In this document: positions 1 to 8,544 of the stretch, one piece after another
Numbering within the stretch: position 1 is the stretch's first letter
Layout: each line of letters opens with the position of its first letter
Assembly: GCA_963817465.1 (NCBI GenBank)
Contig: CAWFOP010000009.1
Location: forward strand, 93,920 to 157,919
Length of the DNA stretch: 64,000 nucleotides
Source: an uncultured Acidobacteriota bacterium
GTDB lineage: Bacteria; Acidobacteriota; Terriglobia; Bryobacterales; UBA6623
Reading direction: 5' to 3'
Program-made: the position numbers and the translations under genes
Notes under the pieces: generated by a model
What the model was told of the DNA's origin: nothing
What the model saw: the letters and a program-made list of their open reading frames with translations, nothing else
Databases searched by the model: none

Positions 1-1122
1 AGTGATCGGGCTGCCCTCGACGGCCGACGGCAGCACGAAAATGTCGCTCACGGCCAGCGCCTCAGCCGTATCGTCCCGGACCCCCAAGGTCTCGATCGTC
101 GAGGTCAAGCCCGCCTTCCGGATTGCGCCCTCGACCGCGAGACGTTCGGGTCCGTCGCCCAGCATCAGCGCCCGCAGGTCCGCGTCCGGTTTCGAGGCCG
201 CGAGGCGTCGAATCGTCTCCACAAACAGAAGCGGATCTTTTTCCGGCGAAAGGCGCCCGACCCAGCAGACGACAGCCTGACCGTCGCGAATCCCGAAGCG
301 AACGCGAAGCTCCTCCATGCGGGTCAAATACGACCTGCGGTTGAAGCGCGCCGCTACATCGACGCCGTTCGGGCTCAACAGGATCTTGCTCTCGGGGACT
401 CCGCCGTCCGCAAGCGCCTTCCGTTGCGCCGCTCCGACGGCGAAGTGCGCGTCGATGAAGCGGTCCTGCCGAATCGACTCGCTCACCCACCCGGCTTCGG
501 CGCTGTTATGCACGATGTCGAAGACCCGCAACCCACGGCCTTCAAGAGCCGGCGCCGCCTGGTAGCCGAGACCGGTCGACGAAATCACGGCGATCTTGCA
601 GTCCGTCTCGGCCGCGAAGGCTTCCAATTCCTTGACATCGCGGACCCGCTCGATCGCCGAGCAAACCCGTCGAAAGCGAGCCTCCCAATCGTTCGCCGAC
701 GGTTCGGTAAACGCCAGTGCGAAGTTCACTTGTTCCGCCAGGGACTCCATCAGATCGAGCGCCACCCGCTCTGCGCCGCCGGCCGAGACGAACGCCGTCA
801 CGATCAGCGCCGTTGGCAGGCGATCCGACTTTCCGGTTTTCACCCTCCAAGAATCCGCCGCCGGATTCGCGGGCTCGGCGGCCCCGCCGGGCGGCGCCAT
901 CAGCGCTTCGGTCAGGCGCGAGGGGAGCGTGCCCAAGCCCTGCAACGAGCTCGCTTGCCCGACCGCCTGCGAGATTCGCCATGTGCGGGTGGACAACAGC
1001 GCGTCCAGGCGACGTTGCGTTTCGAGCGCGTGCTTGAGCAGGTCTTCGGTGCGGCGTTTGCTGCGCTCCAACTCCGAGCGCAAGCGGTCGATCAGGCGCT
1101 GGTCAGGCGAATCGGGGGACAT
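1..1122 (-). CDS. Glycosyltransferase, GT-B fold / family 4-like, with N-terminal coiled-coil extension; C-terminus runs off the window start
   Basis: Own minus-strand translation from ATG (plus-strand cat at 1120-1122) stays open to base 1 (374 codons): MSPDSPDQRLIDRLRSELERSKRR...VCWVGRLSPEKDPLLF...LMLGDGPER...DIFVLPSAVEGSPIT. This is the typical GT4 C-terminal region. Absent from the ORF track because no stop lies in the window. Confidence 0.8.
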   Translation of the reverse strand, partial: MSPDSPDQRLIDRLRSELERSKRRTEDLLKHALETQRRLDALLSTRTWRISQAVGQASSLQGLGTLPSRLTEALMAPPGGAAEPANPAADSWRVKTGKSDRLPTALIVTAFVSAGGAERVALDLMESLAEQVNFALAFTEPSANDWEARFRRVCSAIERVRDVKELEAFAAETDCKIAVISSTGLGYQAAPALEGRGLRVFDIVHNSAEAGWVSESIRQDRFIDAHFAVGAAQRKALADGGVPESKILLSPNGVDVAARFNRRSYLTRMEELRVRFGIRDGQAVVCWVGRLSPEKDPLLFVETIRRLAASKPDADLRALMLGDGPERLAVEGAIRKAGLTSTIETLGVRDDTAEALAVSDIFVLPSAVEGSPIT

Positions 1123-1175
1123 CGACAAAGGGCCGGGCCCGGCTGCTCGGTATTAGACCACGCCGCCGCGTTGCC

Positions 1176-2318
1176 TTACGGCGTTGCCAGGGATTCGAGC
1201 ACCGCCTTCGCCGCAGCGGCGTGCCCCTCGGGCGACATGTGGGCGTCCGGCGTGTAGTAAAGCGAACTTCCCGTTTCCGCCTCCGCGCGAAATAGCGGCA
1301 GCGCGTCGACCAGACTCACCTCGACGCTCGAATGCGTTCCGGCTCGCCACTTGCGGAACAGGTCTTCGGCCGCGTCCAGAGCGAGCTCATCCGGCGGAAC
1401 TCCCAACGCCGCTCGCATCTCTTCGGCTTCTGCCGGGTAGACCTGCAAGCTGCGGGGCAACACGATCAAGACAAGACGCTTGACCGAGTTCGCTTCGCAC
1501 AGGGCGACCGCGCGGTCGAGGCTGCGCAGCGTGATCTCGATGCCGCGACGCGTCATCTCGTTGGGGTGCTTGAGATGAATCTGCGCAAAGTCGCGCATCC
1601 AAACGTCGTCCCAGTCGGCTGCGCCCAGCGCCCGCGACCGCGATCGCCGGAAGTTGAACTGCACCGCCCTGAGCAACTGCGCGACGTGGCTGTGCATCGC
1701 GACCCACTGCTTCGCCCGCTCAACGGCGCCGGGGTTCTCACCGCCACGCGGCCGCAGCGTCAGCAATCCATTCCTGACTTCGAGACGATCGGAACCGCCC
1801 GCCGCATTGTCGACAAAATCATTGCCGACGAAGAAAGCCAACATCACTTCGTGGGGATGGTAAATCGGCATCAAACGTTCGAGCACTTTGACTTGATCGA
1901 CGGTTGCGGTCGCGGGAACGTCGGCCTTGATCAGGCGTGTCGGTCGCGTCTTGCGCAATCTCTTTTCGACGATCGAATAGAACGTCTGGTCGAGCTCCAC
2001 GCCCCAGCCGAAAGCCTGCGAGTCGCCGAGCCCGAGGATGACGTAGTCCTCCGCTTTCGGCGCACTTTCGTCATCGCGCCAGCCGGCGCTGTTGATCCGA
2101 ATCGTCACGTCCCAAGCGGGCGCCACATGCCGTCGCGTCACGCTAGGACGCAAAAGCAGTAGCCCGTCGCTGTCTTTGCGGTAAATGTCGAGCTCGAGCT
2201 GCGGGGCGACATGCGCGAAGGTTCGCAGCCCGACTTCAAAGATGCCCACGGCGAACGCCGCGGCGAGCGCCGCGACCGCAAGCTTCGCCGCCCATCGCAC
2301 TGGTCCGTTATAGCGCAA
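1176..2318 (-). CDS. SGNH/GDSL-family hydrolase with N-terminal membrane anchor
   Basis: ORF 1176..2447(-). Blocks 'VILGLGDSQAFGWG', 'FFVGNDF' and C-terminal 'DAHMSPEGH'. Hydrophobic 'AAKLAVAALAAAFAVGIF' near the N-terminus. Start trimmed to TTG 2318 (GAGGA upstream; alternative GTG 2300) because the longer ORF overlaps the upstream gene, whose stop is at 2327. Confidence 0.75.
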   Translation of the reverse strand: MRYNGPVRWAAKLAVAALAAAFAVGIFEVGLRTFAHVAPQLELDIYRKDSDGLLLLRPSVTRRHVAPAWDVTIRINSAGWRDDESAPKAEDYVILGLGDSQAFGWGVELDQTFYSIVEKRLRKTRPTRLIKADVPATATVDQVKVLERLMPIYHPHEVMLAFFVGNDFVDNAAGGSDRLEVRNGLLTLRPRGGENPGAVERAKQWVAMHSHVAQLLRAVQFNFRRSRSRALGAADWDDVWMRDFAQIHLKHPNEMTRRGIEITLRSLDRAVALCEANSVKRLVLIVLPRSLQVYPAEAEEMRAALGVPPDELALDAAEDLFRKWRAGTHSSVEVSLVDALPLFRAEAETGSSLYYTPDAHMSPEGHAAAAKAVLESLATP

Positions 2319-2326
2319 TCCGCGGC

Positions 2327-3640
2327 TTAGTCCTCGGCTGCGCCCACACCCGTCCGCACTTCCTCGAAGAACCGCGGCCCGCCCCGTTGGCCGCCCTTCA
2401 ACACGATCTCGAGCCCGTCCAACTCGTCGTCCGACCACATGCGGCACAGGGGAGAGCCGGCGGTCATCGGCCGAATCGCCGTCAAAGCATACCCGCCCAA
2501 GCTACGGCCCACGCTCGACGAAGTGTCTCCGCCGCAGATAATCGCCCGACGAACGCCCGAGCACACGAGCGTTTCGCGCGCGATGCGGCCCAACCGCTCC
2601 GCAAGCCGCACCTGCAAGGCGGCGTCGCCCGCCACGAACGCCGCGTCGTCGCGCCCCAGCGACGAATAGATCACGAAACTGCGGCCCTGGCTCGCAGCCC
2701 GCAACGCGGCCCCGACCGCCGGCTCGGCGCCGCCCCCAGGGTCTTGGTCGACCTCAACTCTGATTCCCTCGTAACCGTGGTTGAGAGCCCAGCGGATCGA
2801 AGCCTCGGTCTCCGGCGAACAGCTCCCCGAGACCACCGCCAGGCGGTCGACTTCGCCGACCTCGGACGGCGTGTCGCCGCCGCCGATCGCGCCCTGGGCC
2901 CGCCAGTGCGCCGTCAGGGCGTATTCGAGGCCCGATGACGAAACCGTAAACGGTGCGGCGCTGCGATTCGCCCAAATCAATTCACCGACGAGTTCGAGCG
3001 ACTCCTCGTCGATCACGTCCAGAAAGATCGCTCGTGCGCCCCGCTCGATTTCCTCGTCCAGACGCTGTCGCCCAGCTCCCCCTTTGAGGGCTAACAGGTC
3101 GACCAGCCCGATCTCGAGCGCTGTCTGGCGCGCCAAGTGTCGCCGCAGATCGGCTTCGTCCATCGGCGTCACCGGGTGACGGCTCATCGTGGGATGCCGG
3201 TCCAGGCGATGAGTCTTGCCGCCTACCGTCGCGAATAGGTTGCCAAAGGCCTGATAGCGATTGAGCTTCGGAGCGCCGACGACAAGCGGCGCCCACTTCG
3301 CACCGAAGACGTCCAGCCCGATCTCGAGCGCACGCCCCAACGAGCCGACCTCGGGCGAGCTGTCGAACGTGGAGCAGACCTTGTAGTGGCACAGCGGCGC
3401 ACCTAGCGCTTTCAACCGTCCGAAAATTCCGGGGAGGTTCTCGCTCATCCAATGCGGTGAGCGCCCGCGGCTCTCCCCCGCGACTCCAACAGCCTTTATT
3501 GCCTCGAAACGCGCCAACCTCGCCTCGTCCGGAGGCTCGACGAAAAGCACCGTCGGCAGCCCGGCCCAGGTCAACACTTCCATCGCGTCAGTCGAGCCCG
3601 TGAAGTCGTCGCCGTAGTAGGTGAGCAGCAGATCACGCAT
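2327..3640 (-). CDS. Four-carbon/five-carbon acid-sugar kinase family protein (DUF1537; OtnK/DtnK/OiaK-like)
   Basis: 437-aa ORF. N-terminal 'LLTYYGDDFTGSTDAMEVL' and C-terminal 'AIICGGDTSS' blocks are characteristic of DUF1537 kinases. Its ATG (3640-3638) shares base 3640 with the upstream RLP stop (TGATG). Confidence 0.85.
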   Translation of the reverse strand: MRDLLLTYYGDDFTGSTDAMEVLTWAGLPTVLFVEPPDEARLARFEAIKAVGVAGESRGRSPHWMSENLPGIFGRLKALGAPLCHYKVCSTFDSSPEVGSLGRALEIGLDVFGAKWAPLVVGAPKLNRYQAFGNLFATVGGKTHRLDRHPTMSRHPVTPMDEADLRRHLARQTALEIGLVDLLALKGGAGRQRLDEEIERGARAIFLDVIDEESLELVGELIWANRSAAPFTVSSSGLEYALTAHWRAQGAIGGGDTPSEVGEVDRLAVVSGSCSPETEASIRWALNHGYEGIRVEVDQDPGGGAEPAVGAALRAASQGRSFVIYSSLGRDDAAFVAGDAALQVRLAERLGRIARETLVCSGVRRAIICGGDTSSSVGRSLGGYALTAIRPMTAGSPLCRMWSDDELDGLEIVLKGGQRGGPRFFEEVRTGVGAAED

Positions 3641-4908
3641 CAGGACCCGAACTTCTCGCGCGCTTCGCGAAACTCTTCGTGCTCGGCGGCTGCCTCATCG
3701 GCCGTGCGCCCCGCCAAGGCGCCCTGCCAGGCCTGCCGCATCGCCGCCACGCCAGCGGCGATTCCCGCCGGATGCGCCATGATCCCCCCGCCGGCGGCGT
3801 GAATCAGATCCGCCGAGCCCAGCGCCGCGTAGGTGTCGAAAGCGCGCTCGGCCCATTGCCCCGACGAAAACACGGGCATCGCCTCGCAGCCTCGCCCCAC
3901 GCCGTCAAACATCGGCGTCAGGCACTCCCGCGCCGACGCGACAACCGATTCGTCGGGCTCGCAGAACTTGTTGCGCAGCCCGTTCACATGCATGTGGTCG
4001 GCGCCGGCAAGCCGCCACAGCTTCTGCCATGCAATAAAGCTCACCCCGATGTAGGGCGATCGAGAGTAGAGCCCCCAACCATTGCGGTGCGCGTGAATCG
4101 GCAGCTCGCTGTGCCGCCGCAGCGCAACGAGGCCTGGCAAGCCGATGGAGTGAATGCTCGCCATCACACACGTTCCGCCCGCTTCCCGCACCTGGTCATG
4201 TCGCCGCCGCATCTCATCGATTTCGCCGGTCAAATTGAAGGCGAACATCACCTTCTTCCCGGTCCGATCAGCGTGCTCGTTGATGACGCGCATCACGGCC
4301 TGGACGCGATCCTCGAACGGGCAATGCGGCCCATCGGCCTGGAGCTCATCATCTTTGATGAAGTCGAGACCGCTCTCCGCCAACGTTCGTACCAGCTCGG
4401 CCGTGGCTTCCGGGCCGAGGCCCACGCTCGGCTTGATGATCGTGCCGACGAGCGGCAGCTTCTCGACGCCAGCGAGTCGCCGGGTCCCGGCTACGCCGAA
4501 CTGCGGGCCTTGATAGGCGTCCCGAAAGGCCTCGGGCAGCCGCAAGTCAAGCAGCCGCAAGCCCGAAAACTGTTTGAGCTCAAACAGGTTGCCCGCGACA
4601 GTCGCAACCAGGTTCGGCAGCGAAGGCCCCATGTTGTCGATCGGCCACGACAGCTCGGCCTTGGCCCGGCGCCAGCTCGGCTTACCGCCGTCTTTCTGAG
4701 CGCCGGCCCCCGGCAGTGACGGTTCGCCCACCGACTCGAGCTCGTCGATGCGCTCGACACGCGCGCCGTAGCGCTCCTTCAGCTCAGGCGTCTCGCCAGG
4801 CAGTTTGACGAAGGTCCCCGACGACTGTTCGCCCGCCATGGCTTCGACGGCCGCCTCCAGCGGGTAAGCCGTTTCGATCCAGTATTCGGCGTAGATGCGT
4901 TGCGACAT
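3640..4908 (-). CDS. RuBisCO-like protein (form IV RLP)
   Basis: ORF 3640..5268(-), trimmed to the internal ATG at 4908 ('MSQRIYAEYWIETAY...'); the longer N-terminus is Arg-rich junk overlapping trpG. Motifs 'GTIIKPSVGLG', 'LDFIKDDE', 'PIHAHRNGWG', 'AAGGGIMAHP'. Confidence 0.9.
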   Translation of the reverse strand: MSQRIYAEYWIETAYPLEAAVEAMAGEQSSGTFVKLPGETPELKERYGARVERIDELESVGEPSLPGAGAQKDGGKPSWRRAKAELSWPIDNMGPSLPNLVATVAGNLFELKQFSGLRLLDLRLPEAFRDAYQGPQFGVAGTRRLAGVEKLPLVGTIIKPSVGLGPEATAELVRTLAESGLDFIKDDELQADGPHCPFEDRVQAVMRVINEHADRTGKKVMFAFNLTGEIDEMRRRHDQVREAGGTCVMASIHSIGLPGLVALRRHSELPIHAHRNGWGLYSRSPYIGVSFIAWQKLWRLAGADHMHVNGLRNKFCEPDESVVASARECLTPMFDGVGRGCEAMPVFSSGQWAERAFDTYAALGSADLIHAAGGGIMAHPAGIAAGVAAMRQAWQGALAGRTADEAAAEHEEFREAREKFGS

Positions 4909-4937
4909 GGGATGTTCGTCGTCTCGACCGGCGTCAA

Positions 4938-5501
4938 TCAAGCCGCCAAGAAATTCGCCAGCAGCTTCTTGCCGGTCTCGGTCAAGATCGATTCCGGGTG
5001 GAATTGCAAGCCTTCCACCTTCTTGTCGCGGTGGCGCAGACCCATGATAATGCCGTCGGCGGTTTCGGCCGAGATTTCGAGCTCGGCCGGCAGCGACTCG
5101 CGCTCGACGATCAGCGAGTGGTAGCGCGTTGCGGTGAAGTCCTGCTCGACGCCCTCGAAGATCGCCTTGCCGTCGTGGTGAATCTTGCTGGTCTTGCCGT
5201 GCATCAAGTAGGGCGCGCGCACCACCTTGCCTCCAAAGGCCTGCCCGATCGATTGGTGCCCCAAGCAAACGCCCAGGATCGGCATCTTGCCCGCGAACTC
5301 GCGCACCACGTCAAGCGAAACTCCCGCTTCGTTCGGCGTGCAAGGCCCCGGCGAGATCACGATGCGGTCAGGCTCGAGCTCTGCGATCTGATCCGGAGTG
5401 ATCTGATCGTTGCGGCGCACCTCGACCTCGGCCCCCAACTCCCCTAAGTACTGCACGAGGTTGAAGGTGAACGAATCGTAGTTGTCGATGACCAACACCA
5501 T
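4938..5501 (-). CDS. trpG: Anthranilate synthase component II / aminodeoxychorismate synthase glutamine amidotransferase
   Basis: ORF 4938..5570(-), trimmed to ATG 5501 ('[19 protein letters not shown]'). Triad blocks 'ILGVCLGHQ' and 'GLQFHPES'. Starts 2 nt after the trpE stop (5504-5506). Confidence 0.93.
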   Translation of the reverse strand: MVLVIDNYDSFTFNLVQYLGELGAEVEVRRNDQITPDQIAELEPDRIVISPGPCTPNEAGVSLDVVREFAGKMPILGVCLGHQSIGQAFGGKVVRAPYLMHGKTSKIHHDGKAIFEGVEQDFTATRYHSLIVERESLPAELEISAETADGIIMGLRHRDKKVEGLQFHPESILTETGKKLLANFLAA

Positions 5502-5503
5502 CG

Positions 5504-6974
5504 CTACAGCTCCCGCGCCTTTTCGAGCGCCTTCAGCAGGGCTCCGGCCTTGTTCATCGTCTCTTGCCACTCGGTCTCAGGCGCCGAATCGGCCACGATG
5601 CCGCCGCCGGCCTGGATGTACGCCTTGCCGCCTTGGACGCGCATGGTGCGGATCGCGATGCACGAATCGAGGTTGCCCGAAAAATCCAGGTACAGCACGC
5701 TGCCCGAGTAGAACCCGCGCTTGGTCGGCTCGAGCTCAGCGATGATCTCCATCGCCCGCACCTTCGGAGCGCCGGACACCGTGCCCGCCGGGAAGCAGGC
5801 CGCCAGCGCATCGAAGGCGTCCTTGTCGTCGCGAAAGCTTACCGCGTACGCCTGACACGATGTGCATGACGTGCGAGTAGCGCTCGATCACCTCGAATTG
5901 GGCCACGTGAACGCTGCCGAATTCGCTGACTCGCCCGACGTCGTTGCGGCCCAGGTCGACGAGCATCACGTGTTCGGCCAGCTCTTTTTCGTCCGCCAGC
6001 AGATCGGCTTCGAGGGCCTTGTCCTCGGCTTCGGTCTTGCCCCGCGGACGAGTACCGGCGATAGGCCGGTACTCGATGTCACGTCCCTGCACTTTGACCA
6101 GCATTTCGGGCGAACTGCCCAGAATCACCGCGTCGTCCATCGCCAGATAGAACAAGTACGGCGATGGATTCACCGCCCGCAGCGCTCGGTAAATCTGAAA
6201 CGGATGGACCTCGATTTCGACTTCCAGCCGCTGCGACAGCACGACCTGGAAGATGTCGCCCGCCAGAATGTATTCCTTCGCTTTCTCGACCGCGCGGCAG
6301 TGCGCCTCCTTGCCGACGTTCGAACGCACTTCGAGCGGTTTCGATGAAGCGATATGCGGCGGCAGCTCGACCGGCTTTTGAAGCGCGGCTTCGAGCTGTT
6401 CGATCTGGCGCACGGCGTCGCGGTAGCCCGCCTCCAAGTCGTCCCACTCGTCCGTTCGCACGTTCGCGATCGCGTAGATCTCGTGTTTGACGTGATCGAA
6501 CACGAGCAGCGTCGTGAAGAACAAGAAGACCGCGTCCGGCGCTTCGATGTCGTGTACTCGGAAGTCCGGCACGCGCGGCTCGATTTGGCGTACCAAGTCG
6601 TAACCGGCGTAGCCGACCGCGCCCGCGGTGAAGGGCGGCAGCGCTTCGTGAGGAACCGGCCGATAATCGCGCGTTAAGTCGCGCAACACGTCGAAGACAT
6701 GTCCCTTGCGCTGCTCCTTTGCGCCGTCGCGGTCGATCTCGACCCGGTCGTTCCAAGCCGTCACGCGCAAGAACGGCTCGGCGCCCAAGAACGTATAGCG
6801 GCCGATCCGTTCGCCGCCCTCGACGCTTTCGAGCAGGAAGGCGTACTTGTGCCCGGCGGCGATCTTCAAGTAGGCGGAGACCGGCGTTTCGAGATCCGCG
6901 ACTAGGGTTTTCCACACAGGGACGATATTTCCCTGTGTCGCCTGACGGCGAAAGGCGGTTAGATCCGGCTGCAT
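5504..6974 (-). pseudogene. trpE: Anthranilate synthase component I, split by a +1 frameshift as sequenced
   Basis: N-terminal part lies in ORF 5736..7496(-), with the real start ATG 6974 ('MQPDLTAFRRQATQGNIVPVWK'). C-terminal part lies in ORF 5504..5779(-) ('[26 protein letters not shown]...'). Frames switch between '[10 protein letters not shown]' and '[24 protein letters not shown]'. Removing one A from the aaa at 5834-5836 restores a continuous TrpE. Span is 1471 nt (3n+1). Confidence 0.9.
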
Positions 6975-6979
6975 CCCGC

Positions 6980-8482
6980 TTAGACCCCTTGTAATAGGTC
7001 TAGCACAGCGGCGCGCATTACCTGCCGCGGAGCCGTCTGTTGGGTCCAAATCTCGAACTGGGCCGCCGCCTGCTCCAGAAACATCTCGAGGCCCAGGATG
7101 GTTTCCTTTCCTAGTTCTTGCGCACGCTTGATCAGCGCGGTTTCGAGCGGGTTGTAGACCATGTCGAAGACGACTTCCGCCGGGACCATATCGGCGAAGA
7201 GGTTGCCGTCGACGTTGGGATGCATGCCGACCGGAGTCGTCTGCACGAGCGCATCGAAGCCCCTTCCAGGCAGCTTGTTCCAGGCAAGGGCCTCCGCCCG
7301 CGCTGCGCGCGCCAGGCGTTGTACTTTGTCGAAGCTGCGCCCGGTGAGCGTCACTTTGGCGCCCTTGTCGACAAGCGCGAACGCCGCCGCCCGCGCCGCG
7401 CCGCCGCTGCCGACCACGAGCACGCTCTTGCCGCCCAACCGCAGGCGTTTCTCGAGCGGAGCGGTCACTCCCAGGGCGTCGGTGTTCGTGCCGCACAGCT
7501 TGCCCTTCTTGCGATAGACCGTGTTCACCGCGCCGATGCGTTTCGCAAGCGCATCGACGGAATCGAGACGGCGGATGATGCGCTGCTTATGAGGGATCGT
7601 CACGCTGAAGCCTTGCACCGGCAGATCCGTTGCGAGGCGAAAGAAATCCGTCAGCCGCGGCGGCTCGACCAAGAACGGCAAGTACACCGCGTTGACGCGT
7701 CTGGATTGAAAAGCGCGGTTGTGCAACGCCGGCGACATCGAATGGCCTACCGGCGACGCGATCACGCCATAGATGGCCGCGTCCCGTTTCAGCTTGTGGA
7801 CGCGGTACTGATTGCGCATCCGCGAAGCCGGAAACTGCCCAGGGGCCGTCCCCGCGGCGATGTCGGGCGCGGCAAAGGCGAACGCCGCGCCGCGCGCCGG
7901 CCCCAGAATGCGGCTCGCCGCACCGACCTCGCCCATCCCTAGAACGACGAGCGCTTGTTCCGCGTCGTCTAAGAGACTCAAAAGCCTCGCGTTGTCGCTC
8001 GGCTTGAGGGCTTGGACCGCGATCTTATAGATGTCCGCGGGGATTCGCAGCAGCCGCTTGAGGGCGCGGCCCGGAGGCGGCGTGCGCTCGAAGTCGTGGA
8101 ACGACAGCACGACCCGCGCCGACTGCCGCAGGCGCTCCACCGTACCCGGCGAAAGCTCGGCGGTTTCGATCTCGACATCGATCAACTGCGCTCCGGCAGC
8201 CGCCGCCGCGGACAAGATGCGCTCCTGTTCCTCGATCGATCCGGCGAACTCGCCTTGCGCGTGCGTCCGGCGGCAGGTTGCCAGGACTATGAGATCAGGC
8301 CGACGGCGCCGCAAGCGCCGAATCAGCTTGAGCCCGTCCTCGGGACGCGGAATCGAATCCAACCGCAGCTCGACGAATTCCTCGCCCGCATCACCGGCCG
8401 CCAGAGCCAGCTTTTCGAGCGCGGCGAAGTCACGGGCGCCAAGCGCCACGCAGATGCGAGGCAACGAACGAACGGAAATCAT
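6980..8482 (-). CDS. aroDE: Bifunctional 3-dehydroquinate dehydratase (type I) / shikimate 5-dehydrogenase
   Basis: 500-aa ORF. The N-terminal half is AroD-like ('VELRLDS...', 'SFHDFERTP'). The C-terminal half is AroE-like ('YGVIASPVGHSMSPALHNRAF', 'VTIPHK', 'NTD', 'VLVVGSGGAARA'). Its stop at 6980 is 5 nt upstream of the trpE start. Confidence 0.9.
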   Translation of the reverse strand: MISVRSLPRICVALGARDFAALEKLALAAGDAGEEFVELRLDSIPRPEDGLKLIRRLRRRRPDLIVLATCRRTHAQGEFAGSIEEQERILSAAAAAGAQLIDVEIETAELSPGTVERLRQSARVVLSFHDFERTPPPGRALKRLLRIPADIYKIAVQALKPSDNARLLSLLDDAEQALVVLGMGEVGAASRILGPARGAAFAFAAPDIAAGTAPGQFPASRMRNQYRVHKLKRDAAIYGVIASPVGHSMSPALHNRAFQSRRVNAVYLPFLVEPPRLTDFFRLATDLPVQGFSVTIPHKQRIIRRLDSVDALAKRIGAVNTVYRKKGKLCGTNTDALGVTAPLEKRLRLGGKSVLVVGSGGAARAAAFALVDKGAKVTLTGRSFDKVQRLARAARAEALAWNKLPGRGFDALVQTTPVGMHPNVDGNLFADMVPAEVVFDMVYNPLETALIKRAQELGKETILGLEMFLEQAAAQFEIWTQQTAPRQVMRAAVLDLLQGV

Positions 8483-8544
8483 CGCGGAGAGAAAAACCGC
8501 CGACAGGAGCGTAGGTTATCACCAAGAACCGCGCCGATGACGGC

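Noticed and set aside
424-1257. 277-aa plus-strand ORF (and sibling ORFs 542..982, 596..1156, 717..1037) covering the first kilobase
   Set aside because: Arg/Ala/Pro-rich low-complexity translations typical of shadow frames in high-G+C DNA. The opposite strand encodes a clean GT4 glycosyltransferase across the same bases.
3640-7496. Long N-terminal extensions of track ORFs (3640..5268, 4938..5570, 5736..7496; likewise 12020..12784, 26879..28132, 48235..50046, 51316..52968)
   Set aside because: The extensions overlap the upstream gene and read as Arg-rich junk. Internal ATG/GTG/TTG codons coincide with the start of family-typical sequence, so the starts were trimmed.
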